The position numbers were made by a program, and so were the translations under genes. The notes under the pieces were generated by a model. It had not been told where the DNA came from, searched no databases, and worked only from the letters and a program-made list of their open reading frames with translations. From a virus, in IMG/VR virus record IMGVR_UViG_3300042691_025170, positions 1 to 64,000 of that record: 64,000 nt of DNA. The stretch is one strand, 5' to 3'. This document shows, piece by piece, positions 1-9,714 of the stretch. Positions within the stretch are counted from its first letter, which is position 1, and each line of letters opens with the position of its first letter.

Positions 1-410
1 GTTCAAGTGGTTCATCTGGCTTAACTGGCTCAAGTGGTACATCGGGTTCAACAGGCTCATCGGGTTCAACGGGCTCAAGTGGAACATCGGGTTCAACAGG
101 CTCATCGGGTTCAACCGGTTCAAGTGGAACGAGTGGTTCAAGTGGAACATCAGGTTCATCTGGTACTAGAGGTTCAAGTGGAACATCGGGTTCAACAGGC
201 TCATCGGGTTCAACAGGCTCAAGTGGTACATCGGGTTCAACAGGCTCATCGGGTTCAACAGGCTCAAGTGGAACGAGTGGTTCAAGTGGAACATCGGGTT
301 CAACGGGCTCAAGTGGAACATCTGGTTCATCGGGTTCAAGTGGTTCAACAGGCTCAAGTGGAACATCGGGTTCAAGTGGTTCCACGGGTTCAAGTGGAAC
401 ATCCGGAACA
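1..410 (+). repeat. Degenerate 9-bp coding tandem repeat (GGT TCA AGT / GGA ACA TCG / GGT TCA ACA) encoding Gly-X-Y triplets
   Basis: Directly visible; about 45 triplets, running off the left edge. Confidence 0.95.
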
Positions 411-1787
411 GGGTTTAATTCTATAATAAATCCATCAGATAATAGAATATTAACGTCTAATGGTACTACAACTTCTGCTATAGCAGAATCAAATTTGACA
501 TTTGATGGGTCTATATTATTGGTAACAGGTTCATTATTCGTATCATCAGCATTATCTACAGGAACAGCATTTACGGCATCATTACAAGAAGGTTATACAT
601 TTGTGGGTGGTGCCGGTAATATATCTCGTCTTGTATCAACTAGTTCATTTGGTGGAGGTGTAGGAGGTGGTCATGTAATACAATCTGAAAGTGTTTCTTT
701 TACACAAAGAGCAAATCTTAATTTCAGAAGAATGATTGTCACGGATGACGCCGGAAACAATGCCACAGTTGTAAAAAGACCTCCGAGTACCACAGTGTCA
801 TCTTTAGCTCCATTAAATCCCGAAGAAGGTGATGAATGGATTAATAGTGATACTTGGAAAAAATATGTTTGGTATTTAAATGCAGGAGGTACAGATTATT
901 GGATAGAAACGGGTACTGTACAAACAAATGGTAGTAGTGGATCATCTGGCTCATCTGGATCTAGTGGTACTTCAGGTTCTTCTGGATCTAGTGGTACTTC
1001 AGGTTCATCGGGCACTTCAGGTTCATCGGGCACTTCAGGTTCATCCGGTACGTCAGGTTCAAGTGGAACACGTGGTTCAAGTGGCACTTCGGGTTCAACA
1101 GGCTCAAGTGGTTCTACGGGTTCAAGTGGAACATCAGGTTCAAGTGGCTCAAGTGGTTCTACGGGTTCAAGTGGTTCAACAGGCTCAAGTGGAACATCGG
1201 GTTCAAGTGGTTCAAGTGGTTCTACGGGTTCAAGTGGTTCTACGGGTTCAAGTGGTTCTACGGGTTCAAGTGGAACATCAGGTTCAAGTGGCTCAAGTGG
1301 TTCTACGGGTTCAAGTGGCTCAAGTGGTTCTACGGGTTCAAGTGGTTCTACGGGTTCAAGTGGAACATCAGGTTCAAGTGGCTCAAGTGGTTCTACGGGT
1401 TCAAGTGGCTCAAGTGGTTCTACAGGTTCAAGTGGATCAAGTGGTCAAGCTGGAAACGCATACTACTCAATGACAATTCAGTATCCAACAGCAACGGAAA
1501 ATATCACATTCTTTTTTAATACGGCATCAGTAACAATATCAGGATTAAATGATGTTGTAAAAGGAACATCACCAAGTGTAACTTATAACATAGATTTTGC
1601 TTCAACTAGAGATTCCGGCACACCTACATCTTTATTCACAGCAGATAGAACTGTAACATCAACAGCCGGTTCGGCAACTGCTGCATTTAATAACGCAACT
1701 ATACCTGCTAATAACTGGGTATGGATAGCCACATCTGCCGCAGCAGCGGGGACAACAGAATTTGCAGTAACATTAAGATTAGCATAA
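3..1787 (+). CDS. Tail/virion fibre protein with two Gly-(Ser/Thr)-(Ser/Thr) repeat blocks; 5' end lies outside the window
   Basis: The frame of the 495..1787 ORF is open back to base 3 (SSGSSGLTGSSGTSG...GTGFNSIINPSDNRILTSNG), so 495 is not the real start. It contains a fibre-type P-x-x-P-x-x-GDEW...W motif and a beta-rich C-terminal domain. Confidence 0.8.
   Translation, partial: SSGSSGLTGSSGTSGSTGSSGSTGSSGTSGSTGSSGSTGSSGTSGSSGTSGSSGTRGSSGTSGSTGSSGSTGSSGTSGSTGSSGSTGSSGTSGSSGTSGSTGSSGTSGSSGSSGSTGSSGTSGSSGSTGSSGTSGTGFNSIINPSDNRILTSNGTTTSAIAESNLTFDGSILLVTGSLFVSSALSTGTAFTASLQEGYTFVGGAGNISRLVSTSSFGGGVGGGHVIQSESVSFTQRANLNFRRMIVTDDAGNNATVVKRPPSTTVSSLAPLNPEEGDEWINSDTWKKYVWYLNAGGTDYWIETGTVQTNGSSGSSGSSGSSGTSGSSGSSGTSGSSGTSGSSGTSGSSGTSGSSGTRGSSGTSGSTGSSGSTGSSGTSGSSGSSGSTGSSGSTGSSGTSGSSGSSGSTGSSGSTGSSGSTGSSGTSGSSGSSGSTGSSGSSGSTGSSGSTGSSGTSGSSGSSGSTGSSGSSGSTGSSGSSGQAGNAYYSMTIQYPTATENITFFFNTASVTISGLNDVVKGTSPSVTYNIDFASTRDSGTPTSLFTADRTVTSTAGSATAAFNNATIPANNWVWIATSAAAAGTTEFAVTLRLA
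930..1460 (+). repeat. Second Gly-Ser/Thr triplet repeat block of the first fibre gene (about 59 triplets)
   Basis: Directly visible GSS/GTS/GST repeats. Confidence 0.95.
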
Positions 1788-1797
1788 TAAATAATTT

Positions 1798-2136
1798 ATG
1801 AGAGAAATAGATACGATAGACCAAAGTATGAAGCAAATCAATCGGGAAGTATTATCTGGTTGGGTTGCTTTCTATTATGAAAACGGACAAGTAGTAAGAT
1901 ATTCATCGGAAACACATGATTGGGCAAGTCTTCCAAATATAGGAGTTATGTATCTTTTTAGAGTATATGAGTCCGGCGCAAAGGAACAAGTTGGTGGTTG
2001 TGATTATTATTGTCCATATCAACTTATGAATGTCGCAGATATAAGACCTTGGATAAAATTTGGTTTATATATAGATGATGGAATATTTAATACAATTGTT
2101 TGGCCAACCGTAGTAAATGACCCAATAAATCATTAA
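1798..2136 (+). CDS. Hypothetical protein (possible fibre accessory/chaperone)
   Basis: 112-aa ORF tightly following the fibre gene; no motif recognised. Confidence 0.6.
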   Translation: MREIDTIDQSMKQINREVLSGWVAFYYENGQVVRYSSETHDWASLPNIGVMYLFRVYESGAKEQVGGCDYYCPYQLMNVADIRPWIKFGLYIDDGIFNTIVWPTVVNDPINH

Positions 2137-2141
2137 TAGTT

Positions 2142-2663
2142 ATGCCCGCATATTTTTTATCAAATACGGCTTCAGATGTTTCTGGTGATAATTTGATGCA
2201 CGCAGGTGTAAACGTAACAACTACACAAGTAGTATCATTAGGTTCGGCTGCTACAGTAACTGTTGACTTTATTACACCCGAATATTATCCTAACAATAAC
2301 GGAGAAACATCAACAAACGGAACGGTACAAATAACACATACCGTAACAAATATGAATATAACTGTCAATGCTCAGAAGCATAGAGTTGATTCAGCAGGTA
2401 CAATATTAGCAAGTGGTACAGCTGGAACTGCAGTAACTACTGCAACTACTAATACTTTTACAAACCTTGATGACCCGACATGGACAACAACAAACTGTAG
2501 TGACCGATTAATGTTAAGGTTAACATATGTAAATGGTGCAATGAGTACACAAAGTGTAACAATAGGAACAGATAGAACTGCAACTTTTTGTCTTTCCAGT
2601 ATAGACCATAACACCGGTTGTTCAGTATTAAGAAAGCCGGCAGTAGTAGTATTTCAAAAATAA
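2142..2663 (+). CDS. Hypothetical Thr-rich beta-strand protein, probably virion-associated
   Basis: 173 aa, T/S/N/G-rich like structural proteins, located between fibre genes. Confidence 0.6.
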   Translation: MPAYFLSNTASDVSGDNLMHAGVNVTTTQVVSLGSAATVTVDFITPEYYPNNNGETSTNGTVQITHTVTNMNITVNAQKHRVDSAGTILASGTAGTAVTTATTNTFTNLDDPTWTTTNCSDRLMLRLTYVNGAMSTQSVTIGTDRTATFCLSSIDHNTGCSVLRKPAVVVFQK

Positions 2664-2704
2664 ATTTTTTATAGTTATTAGTATAGTAAAAATTAACACA
2701 ATAT

Positions 2705-5125
2705 ATGCCAATATCGTTTCCAAATAGTCCGCTAGTTAACGACCAGTATACCGAATCTGGTATAACTTGGATATGGACTGGCACGGTTTGGAATTTAGTA
2801 TCAGGTGCAACAGGAACATCAGGTACAGCAGGTTCATCTGGCTCCACGGGTTCGTCTGGCTCTACTGGTTCAAGTGGAACAAGTGGTTCTACGGGTTCAA
2901 GTGGTTCAACCGGTTCAAGTGGAACAAGTGGGTCAAGTGGTTCAAGTGGGTCAAGTGGGTCAACAGGTTCAAGTGGAACATCTGGTTCATCTGGAACTAG
3001 AGGTTCAAGTGGTTCTTCTGGCTCTACAGGTTCAAGCGGTTCTACGGGTTCAAGTGGAACGAGTGGTTCAAGTGGTTCTTCTGGCTCCACGGGTTCAAGT
3101 GGTTCAACAGGCTCATCTGGCTCATCTGGCTCAACCGGTTCAAGTGGAACAAGTGGAGCTAATGGTTCAAGTGGAACATCCGGACAAAACGGAAGTAGTG
3201 GAACAAGTGGGTCAAGCGGTTCTTCTGGCTCCACGGGTTCAAGTGGTTCAACAGGCTCAAGTGGTTCAACTGGTTCAAGTGGAACAAGTGGAGCTAATGG
3301 TTCAAGTGGAACATCCGGACAAAACGGAAGTAGTGGTTCAAGTGGAACAAGTGGTTCAAGTGGAACATCTGGCTCAAGTGGAACACGTGGTTCAAGTGGA
3401 ACATCTGGCTCAAGTGGAACATCTGGTCAGAATGGTAGTAGTGGCTCAAGTGGAACATCTGGTCAGAATGGTAGTAGTGGTTCAAGCGGTTCAACTGGTT
3501 CATCGGGTTCAACTGGTTCATCGGGTTCAACCGGTTCAAGCGGTAGTAGTGGAACATCTGGCTCAAGTGGAACATCTGGTCAGAATGGTAGTAGTGGAAC
3601 AAGTGGCATTAATGGCTCAAGTGGAACAAGTGGTTCAAGTGGAACATCTGGCTCAAGCGGAACATCCGGCTCAAGTGGAACGAGTGGTTCAAGTGGAACA
3701 TCTGGTCAGAATGGTAGTAGTGGAACAAGCGGCGCTAATGGTTCAAGCGGAACAAGTGGTTCCTCTGGTTCAACAGGCTCAAGTGGTTCAAGTGGAACAA
3801 GTGGTTCAAGTGGTTCCTCTGGTTCAACAGGCTCAAGTGGTTCAAGTGGAACAAGTGGTTCAAGTGGAACATCTGGCTCAAGTGGAACGAGAGGTTCAAG
3901 TGGTTCGTCTGGTTCAACGGGCTCAAGTGGTTCAAGTGGAACATCTGGCTCAAGTGGAACGAGAGGTTCAAGTGGTTCGTCTGGTTCAACAGGCTCAAGT
4001 GGTTCGTCTGGTTCAACAGGCTCAAGTGGTTCAACAGGCTCATCTGGCTCAAGTGGTACGGGATTTACTACACTAACCAATGCAGCAGACAATAGAGTGC
4101 TAACATCGGATGGTGGAGTTAATAGTGCAAATGCGGAAGCAAATCTTACTTTTAATGGTAGTTTATTAACCGTAACCGGTACAACATATATAGAAGGTGG
4201 TTCAGCGGATTGGAATGAAACGACACCGGGTACTTCAAATGGAACAATACATTTAGATCCAGGCTCTGCTACCGATAATTTTGGCAATGCTATAACATTT
4301 GGAGCAAGTGATGCTTCAAGTGGAACAAATGCACAAGCAGGTATATATATTCGTTCTGATGGCACATATGGTACTAAGATGTACATAGCAACTACTGATG
4401 CGTATGTAAGTGGTGCACAAACAAGAATTTATATTGGACACGATGGTAGAGTTGGTATGGGAACTATATCACCTGTTTCTAGATTAGATGTAAACGGAAC
4501 TTTAAGTTTAGCAGGATATAATTTTGGAGTTAATTCTGGAAATTATAATATTCTCTATACACAAGCAGGTACTGCAGGTATATATTTAGGAGGATCAGGT
4601 GATGCAGGAAACTACTATGATAATACAAATCACTATTTTAGAAGTATAAATGGTGGAACTAATTTTGCTTATATAAATTCTACGGGTTTAGGAGTAGGTA
4701 CTACAAGCCCCGGACATAGATTGGTGGTGTCCGGTTCATCTCAAGTAGCTACATCTTTAGCTGTTGGATTGATAACACCAAGCGCTACGGTCGGAAGAAT
4801 TGACGCATCTAATGATATTGTAGCATTTTCAACATCTGACTACAGACTAAAGACAGATGTAACGCAAATACAAAATGCAATAGAAAAAATTAAATCTATA
4901 AATGGAATAAACTTTACTTGGATAGAAAATACAAAAATCCACGGAAATTCCGGTAAAGATGTCGGCGTTATAGCGCAAGAAATTGAAAAAATATTGCCAG
5001 AGGTTGTTACTACTAGGAATAATGGGTATAAAGCTGTTAAATACGAAAAAATAATACCTTTGTTGATAGAAGCAATAAAAGAACAGCAAAGAGAGATAGA
5101 CTCCCTTAAAAAAATATTATTTTGA
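2705..5125 (+). CDS. Tail fibre with about 140 Gly-X-Y (Ser/Thr) triplets and a C-terminal peptidase S74 intramolecular chaperone
   Basis: N-terminal FPNSP...WIWTGTVW anchor, GS repeat, GRVGMGTISP and GLGVGTTSP fibre repeats, then SDYRLKTD...GVIAQEIEKILPEVV...YEKIIPLLIEAIKEQ (S74 signature, from about 4835). Confidence 0.9.
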   Translation: MPISFPNSPLVNDQYTESGITWIWTGTVWNLVSGATGTSGTAGSSGSTGSSGSTGSSGTSGSTGSSGSTGSSGTSGSSGSSGSSGSTGSSGTSGSSGTRGSSGSSGSTGSSGSTGSSGTSGSSGSSGSTGSSGSTGSSGSSGSTGSSGTSGANGSSGTSGQNGSSGTSGSSGSSGSTGSSGSTGSSGSTGSSGTSGANGSSGTSGQNGSSGSSGTSGSSGTSGSSGTRGSSGTSGSSGTSGQNGSSGSSGTSGQNGSSGSSGSTGSSGSTGSSGSTGSSGSSGTSGSSGTSGQNGSSGTSGINGSSGTSGSSGTSGSSGTSGSSGTSGSSGTSGQNGSSGTSGANGSSGTSGSSGSTGSSGSSGTSGSSGSSGSTGSSGSSGTSGSSGTSGSSGTRGSSGSSGSTGSSGSSGTSGSSGTRGSSGSSGSTGSSGSSGSTGSSGSTGSSGSSGTGFTTLTNAADNRVLTSDGGVNSANAEANLTFNGSLLTVTGTTYIEGGSADWNETTPGTSNGTIHLDPGSATDNFGNAITFGASDASSGTNAQAGIYIRSDGTYGTKMYIATTDAYVSGAQTRIYIGHDGRVGMGTISPVSRLDVNGTLSLAGYNFGVNSGNYNILYTQAGTAGIYLGGSGDAGNYYDNTNHYFRSINGGTNFAYINSTGLGVGTTSPGHRLVVSGSSQVATSLAVGLITPSATVGRIDASNDIVAFSTSDYRLKTDVTQIQNAIEKIKSINGINFTWIENTKIHGNSGKDVGVIAQEIEKILPEVVTTRNNGYKAVKYEKIIPLLIEAIKEQQREIDSLKKILF
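2804..4063 (+). repeat. Gly-Ser/Thr triplet coding repeat (about 1.26 kb) with interspersed GQN/GAN/GTR triplets
   Basis: Directly visible. Confidence 0.95.
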
Positions 5126-5142
5126 TAATAAGTTAACCTCAT

Positions 5143-5173
5143 TTTGTAAATAGAAATATTTATACTATATTAG
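5143..5173 (+). promoter_or_regulatory. Overlapping putative promoters: Bacteroidota-like TTTG-N19-TATATTAG and the phage TATTTAT motif (5157-5163)
   Basis: Both motifs recur upstream of several other genes in the window. Confidence 0.45.
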
Positions 5174-5189
5174 GTTCCAAATAAGTTAT

Positions 5190-7784
5190 ATGAAACGCAA
5201 AATACTTTATATTGCTCCACATCTTTCTACGGGTGGAATGCCACAGTATCTCTATAAACAAATGGAGTTATTGAAAGATGAATTTGAGATTTATTGCGTT
5301 GAGTGGGGTGATGTGACTGGCGGAGTCTTAGTTGTACAAAGGAATAAAATAAAAACACTATTAGGTAATAGACTTATAACACTAGGAGAAAAAAAAGAAG
5401 AATTATTTGAAGTAATAAAACGTATTAATCCTGAAGTAGTTCATTTACAAGAGATACCTGAATTATTCATGTCATATGACATTTCAGAAAAACTTTACTC
5501 AAAAGAAAGAAACTACTCTATAATAGAAACCTCTCACGACTCTAGTCAAAGTTCAAAAAGCAAAAGATTTTTTCCAGACAAATTTTTATTTGTAAGTCAG
5601 TATCAAGTAGGTCTGTATAAAGAATTAGGAATACCATCCGATGTTGTAGAGTATCCAATTGAATATTTTCAAAGAACAAAAACAAAAGAACAAGCTCAAA
5701 AAGAATTAGGAATGAATCCTAATCTAAAACACATTATTAATGTTGGACTATTTACACCGAGAAAAAATCAAGCAGAAATAATTGAATATGCAAAAGCATT
5801 AAAAGACTATCCGATTCAATTTCATTTCATAGGAAATCAGGCTGATAATTTTAAGTATTATTGGGAACCGTTGATGAAAGATTTTCCATCTAATTGTAAG
5901 TGGTGGAACGAAAGAACTGATGTAGAAAACTTTTATCAAGCAGCAGATTTATTTCTGTTCACATCTCGTGGTTCTGAACATGATAAGGAAACTATGCCTT
6001 TGGTAATCAGAGAAGCAATTAGTTGGAAAGTACCATCGTTGATATACAACTTATCTGTTTATGAAAATTATTTTGATAAATTTGATAATATTGAATATCT
6101 TGATTATACAAGTCTTACAAAGAATCAACAACTCATAGTAGAAAATTTGAAGTTCAAAAAAATGGAAAACAAACTAGATACATTTTCAATGAATATTAGA
6201 TGGGATGAAGATGAGCAAAAATTATACTACTCATCTAATAGTAGAATAGATTTTCCATTTATTATATCCATAAAACATTATCAATCAGACACAGTAATAT
6301 GGTCTACTAAACACGATATGTTGCCTGAAAATATAGAATATTGGATGATTCCTGTTTCAAAAGACTATATGCGTTTAAAAGATAACGATTATTTTACAGG
6401 CGTTAAGGTATGTGTTTACAAATGTGACACCGATGAATTACTATATGAAGTGCCATACTTTTATAGATTTGTAGATATTCCAAAAGTAAAACTTACAAAT
6501 TCTATACCCAACCATATGAACTATGTTGAGTTTTTTATTGAAAAAAAATATTCAAAATGGTTAGATAGACAATACAAAAATGTAGTGGATGCCGGTGCAA
6601 ATGTGGGAATTTTTACAGAGTATATGCTACAAAATAAATTTGCTGAAAAAATATACTCAATAGAGTGTGATACCCTTGCATTAAAAGACCTCAAAAATAA
6701 CTTTTCAAAAGTAAATAGTGTAGAAATAATTGACAAAGCATTATCAGTATCTAATGAAAAAATAAAATTCTATCAGTCAAAAGAAAATCCAGTTATAAGT
6801 AGCACACTATCACCTGATACATTGCAAAATCATATGGCAGGTGTAAAGGGTGATAATATCTATGAAGTTGATACAATTACAATAAAAGATTTACTACATA
6901 AGGTGGAAACTATAGACCTACTAAAAATGGATATAGAGGGTGGAGAATATGCAATCTTAGAAAAATTAGATGACAAATTATTTGATAATATCAATAACTT
7001 ATTTATTGAATGTCACTTTTTTGAAAAGGATTACATAGAAAAATATAACGCTCTAAAGAATAAATTGATACGCAATAATTACAATATAGAGGAACTAATA
7101 GATAATTCAAATATGCAAAAATATGCTGCGACTAGTGAATGTATTTTTGCAACTAAAAAACACAATATGAATATAGAAAATCACTTAATAAAAAATCCAT
7201 GTGGAAATAAAAGGGACTTAGCTTCATTGGTAAATAATTTATTTCCAAATGGCAAGGGTGTTGAAATAGGAGTTCTCAAAGGGGATTACTCTAAAATAAT
7301 ATTAGAGAGATGGCACAAAGGAACACTATTTTTAGTGGACACTTGGAGACACATAGATAGTTACATAGACATGAATGGTCAAGATGATAAATACCATTAT
7401 GATTGTTTGATAAAAACTTGCGAAAATATAAAGCCTTGGCAAGATAGAGCTCATGTGATTAGAATGGATAGTGTATCAGCCGCTAATATGTTTCCGGATG
7501 AATATTTTGACTTTATATACATTGATGCTGACCACTCATATGAAGCTGTTGTAAGAGATTTGAAAGCTTGGTGGCCAAAGATAAAAAAAGGTGGATTGTT
7601 CTGCGGTGACGATTATATACCGGATGATGGTGATATTTGGCTTACTGTAGGAAATGAAAGTACTTATGCTGGAAAATTCGGAGTAAGAAGAGCAGTAAAT
7701 GAGTTTGTAAAAGAGAACAATTTACATATATTTGAAACATTGGAAGAACCTTATTGGAAACAATGGTATACCTTTAAAAAATAA
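5190..7784 (+). CDS. Three-domain fusion: GT4-like glycosyltransferase + FkbM-family methyltransferase + class I (Methyltransf_24-like) methyltransferase
   Basis: GT-B motifs HLSTGGMPQY, NVGLFTPRKNQ and ETMPLVIREA; FkbM motifs VVDAGANVG and LLKMDIEGGE; third-domain motifs VEIGVLKG, FIYIDADHSYE and GDDY. Confidence 0.85.
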   Translation: MKRKILYIAPHLSTGGMPQYLYKQMELLKDEFEIYCVEWGDVTGGVLVVQRNKIKTLLGNRLITLGEKKEELFEVIKRINPEVVHLQEIPELFMSYDISEKLYSKERNYSIIETSHDSSQSSKSKRFFPDKFLFVSQYQVGLYKELGIPSDVVEYPIEYFQRTKTKEQAQKELGMNPNLKHIINVGLFTPRKNQAEIIEYAKALKDYPIQFHFIGNQADNFKYYWEPLMKDFPSNCKWWNERTDVENFYQAADLFLFTSRGSEHDKETMPLVIREAISWKVPSLIYNLSVYENYFDKFDNIEYLDYTSLTKNQQLIVENLKFKKMENKLDTFSMNIRWDEDEQKLYYSSNSRIDFPFIISIKHYQSDTVIWSTKHDMLPENIEYWMIPVSKDYMRLKDNDYFTGVKVCVYKCDTDELLYEVPYFYRFVDIPKVKLTNSIPNHMNYVEFFIEKKYSKWLDRQYKNVVDAGANVGIFTEYMLQNKFAEKIYSIECDTLALKDLKNNFSKVNSVEIIDKALSVSNEKIKFYQSKENPVISSTLSPDTLQNHMAGVKGDNIYEVDTITIKDLLHKVETIDLLKMDIEGGEYAILEKLDDKLFDNINNLFIECHFFEKDYIEKYNALKNKLIRNNYNIEELIDNSNMQKYAATSECIFATKKHNMNIENHLIKNPCGNKRDLASLVNNLFPNGKGVEIGVLKGDYSKIILERWHKGTLFLVDTWRHIDSYIDMNGQDDKYHYDCLIKTCENIKPWQDRAHVIRMDSVSAANMFPDEYFDFIYIDADHSYEAVVRDLKAWWPKIKKGGLFCGDDYIPDDGDIWLTVGNESTYAGKFGVRRAVNEFVKENNLHIFETLEEPYWKQWYTFKK

Positions 7785-7788
7785 TAAT

Positions 7789-8607
7789 ATGGTCTTATTC
7801 TTATACAGTGATAAAAATTGCGAACATCAGGCTATTGGATGTATTAAATCGCTTGGTAAAAAAGTTGAAGATGATGTTAAGATTGTCTATTACACGATAG
7901 GGTTTGATAGTGAATTTGAATTTACTAATTTACATAAGATTAGAATACCTTATAAACCGGAATATCCAAGATTTCATTTTTATAAGGCTGATTTGTCTCT
8001 ACTAACAATGAATTTATTTCCCGGAGAATATTATGCATTTACAGATACGGATGTTTTATTTTCCAAAAGGTTTTCATTTGATAGAATAAAACATAACAAC
8101 CCATATCCATTAGCAAGTTATGGCCCGCATGAATACCCTTATATTTGGGAAATAGTGGATGGTAATTACAAGATATATAATGAAACTAAAATGATGAATT
8201 ACTTTAATGTAAGTCAGAGGTCTCAAAGATATGTCTGGTCTTGCTTTTATTCTTTTAATTCATATTGTACTGATTTTTTTGAAGAATACATATCAATGTG
8301 TAAAAATCAATATTTACAAAAATATCCTAAAGAATATTTTCCATACGCAGACGAAACACCCTTTAACATATGCCTATGGAAAAGAGGTGTTATAAATAAC
8401 TTAGGATTTTCATTTGTAAATACAAATAATCCAGAAGTTGTTCGTAAAGTGGAAAGCTTAAAAATAAACAATAGTCATGTTGGTGAAAATATAGATTCAC
8501 ATGGAGCAGATTGGGAGTATATACATAACTCAGATGATGTATTACTTTACCATGGATTTAAAAATCAAGTTGATATAGATGCAGCATTATCGTTTATAGA
8601 AAATTGA
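7789..8607 (+). CDS. Putative GT-A fold glycosyltransferase
   Basis: DxD motif (FTDTDVLF), DETPFN..LW segment and late YHG; sits in a GT cluster. Start moved to the ATG at 7789. Confidence 0.55.
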   Translation: MVLFLYSDKNCEHQAIGCIKSLGKKVEDDVKIVYYTIGFDSEFEFTNLHKIRIPYKPEYPRFHFYKADLSLLTMNLFPGEYYAFTDTDVLFSKRFSFDRIKHNNPYPLASYGPHEYPYIWEIVDGNYKIYNETKMMNYFNVSQRSQRYVWSCFYSFNSYCTDFFEEYISMCKNQYLQKYPKEYFPYADETPFNICLWKRGVINNLGFSFVNTNNPEVVRKVESLKINNSHVGENIDSHGADWEYIHNSDDVLLYHGFKNQVDIDAALSFIEN

Positions 8608-8613
8608 GAATTA

Positions 8614-9714
8614 ATGAATAATTATTTAGTTGTACTAGCATCTTATATAAATACTGATACTAAAAGGGATATCGTAGTTGATACATTAAAGCATTTAAAA
8701 GAGCAAAACATAGATGTATGCATGGTAATGCATTCAAATCAATATTTAAACGATGTAGTCAAATATGTTAAATATCTTTATTATGACTACGACAATGAAT
8801 ATGTGGATATACAAGACTTTTATACAAATACAGAGTTATTAAATGACAAAAATTGTTCAATAGGATTTAGCAATGTATGGTTAGCAGGAAATGATTGGAA
8901 TACTCGGATTCACATTAAACCTGAATATTCAAGATGTGCATTATCTCTTTTGAGAAACGGATCTATAATATCACATATTAACAACTATGATTGGGTTGTT
9001 TATTTGGAATATGATATACCAGTTCCTTCGGCTGGTTATAAAAAATTAATAGAAGACAAAATTAATATACTGAATCGTGATAATAAAAATTGTTTCTTTT
9101 TTAAAGAATTAACTATGGACTTGCCTGTGTGGCCAGCGATTATGATTTTTAATTCTAACAAATTATATAACAGTTACATAGTTAAAGATAATTGGTATTC
9201 ATCAAAAATAAATTGGATTAATTTTTGGGGGAACACAGGATTTGAATTTTGTATAGAACATATTATAAATAATGTATATCCAAATGATAGTATATTTGAA
9301 ATAATTACTGAAAAAGAATCAAGTGAATTATGGAATACTACTGACCATATAAATTTGTCAAGGTCTTATCAAAGTAGTATAAGTTTATCAAATTTTATAG
9401 TTCACATATATCCTCAAAAAAATGAAAACAAATATGATTTGCAGCTTGTAATATTTAACACACAAATGAGTGCTTACAATACAATATACGATGTATTAGT
9501 TGAATACGATGATAATGTTGTATTTAGTATTGACAAAATGCAAATGGGTAATAATTGTTACAGAATATACTCACTACCTGATATCAACTTAGTAAAAAAG
9601 GTTAGGTTATCTTACCAATTGATTGGTAAACATAACAAAACTGAAGAATTTTTCTATGTAAAAGATTTGGAAAAAATACATAAATACGTTCTTAACTTTA
9701 ATTCTATAAAATGA
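8614..9714 (+). CDS. Hypothetical protein, possibly glycosyltransferase-like
   Basis: 366 aa with a YDWVVYLEYD acidic motif; located in the GT cluster. Confidence 0.45.
   Translation: MNNYLVVLASYINTDTKRDIVVDTLKHLKEQNIDVCMVMHSNQYLNDVVKYVKYLYYDYDNEYVDIQDFYTNTELLNDKNCSIGFSNVWLAGNDWNTRIHIKPEYSRCALSLLRNGSIISHINNYDWVVYLEYDIPVPSAGYKKLIEDKINILNRDNKNCFFFKELTMDLPVWPAIMIFNSNKLYNSYIVKDNWYSSKINWINFWGNTGFEFCIEHIINNVYPNDSIFEIITEKESSELWNTTDHINLSRSYQSSISLSNFIVHIYPQKNENKYDLQLVIFNTQMSAYNTIYDVLVEYDDNVVFSIDKMQMGNNCYRIYSLPDINLVKKVRLSYQLIGKHNKTEEFFYVKDLEKIHKYVLNFNSIK

Noticed and set aside
495-497. TTG start given by the ORF track for the first gene
   Set aside because: The frame is open to the window edge, so the true start lies upstream.
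1-4063. Tandem repeats as a CRISPR array or other non-coding repeat
   Set aside because: There are no unique spacers. Variation is mostly synonymous or Ser/Thr swaps that keep the Gly register, as expected for coding repeats.
34-4386. Alternative-frame and minus-strand ORFs over the repeats (VQVVQ..., EPLEP..., LNHLN...)
   Set aside because: They are shadows of the stop-poor 9-bp repeat. Only the Gly-Ser frame is continuous with the flanking globular domains.
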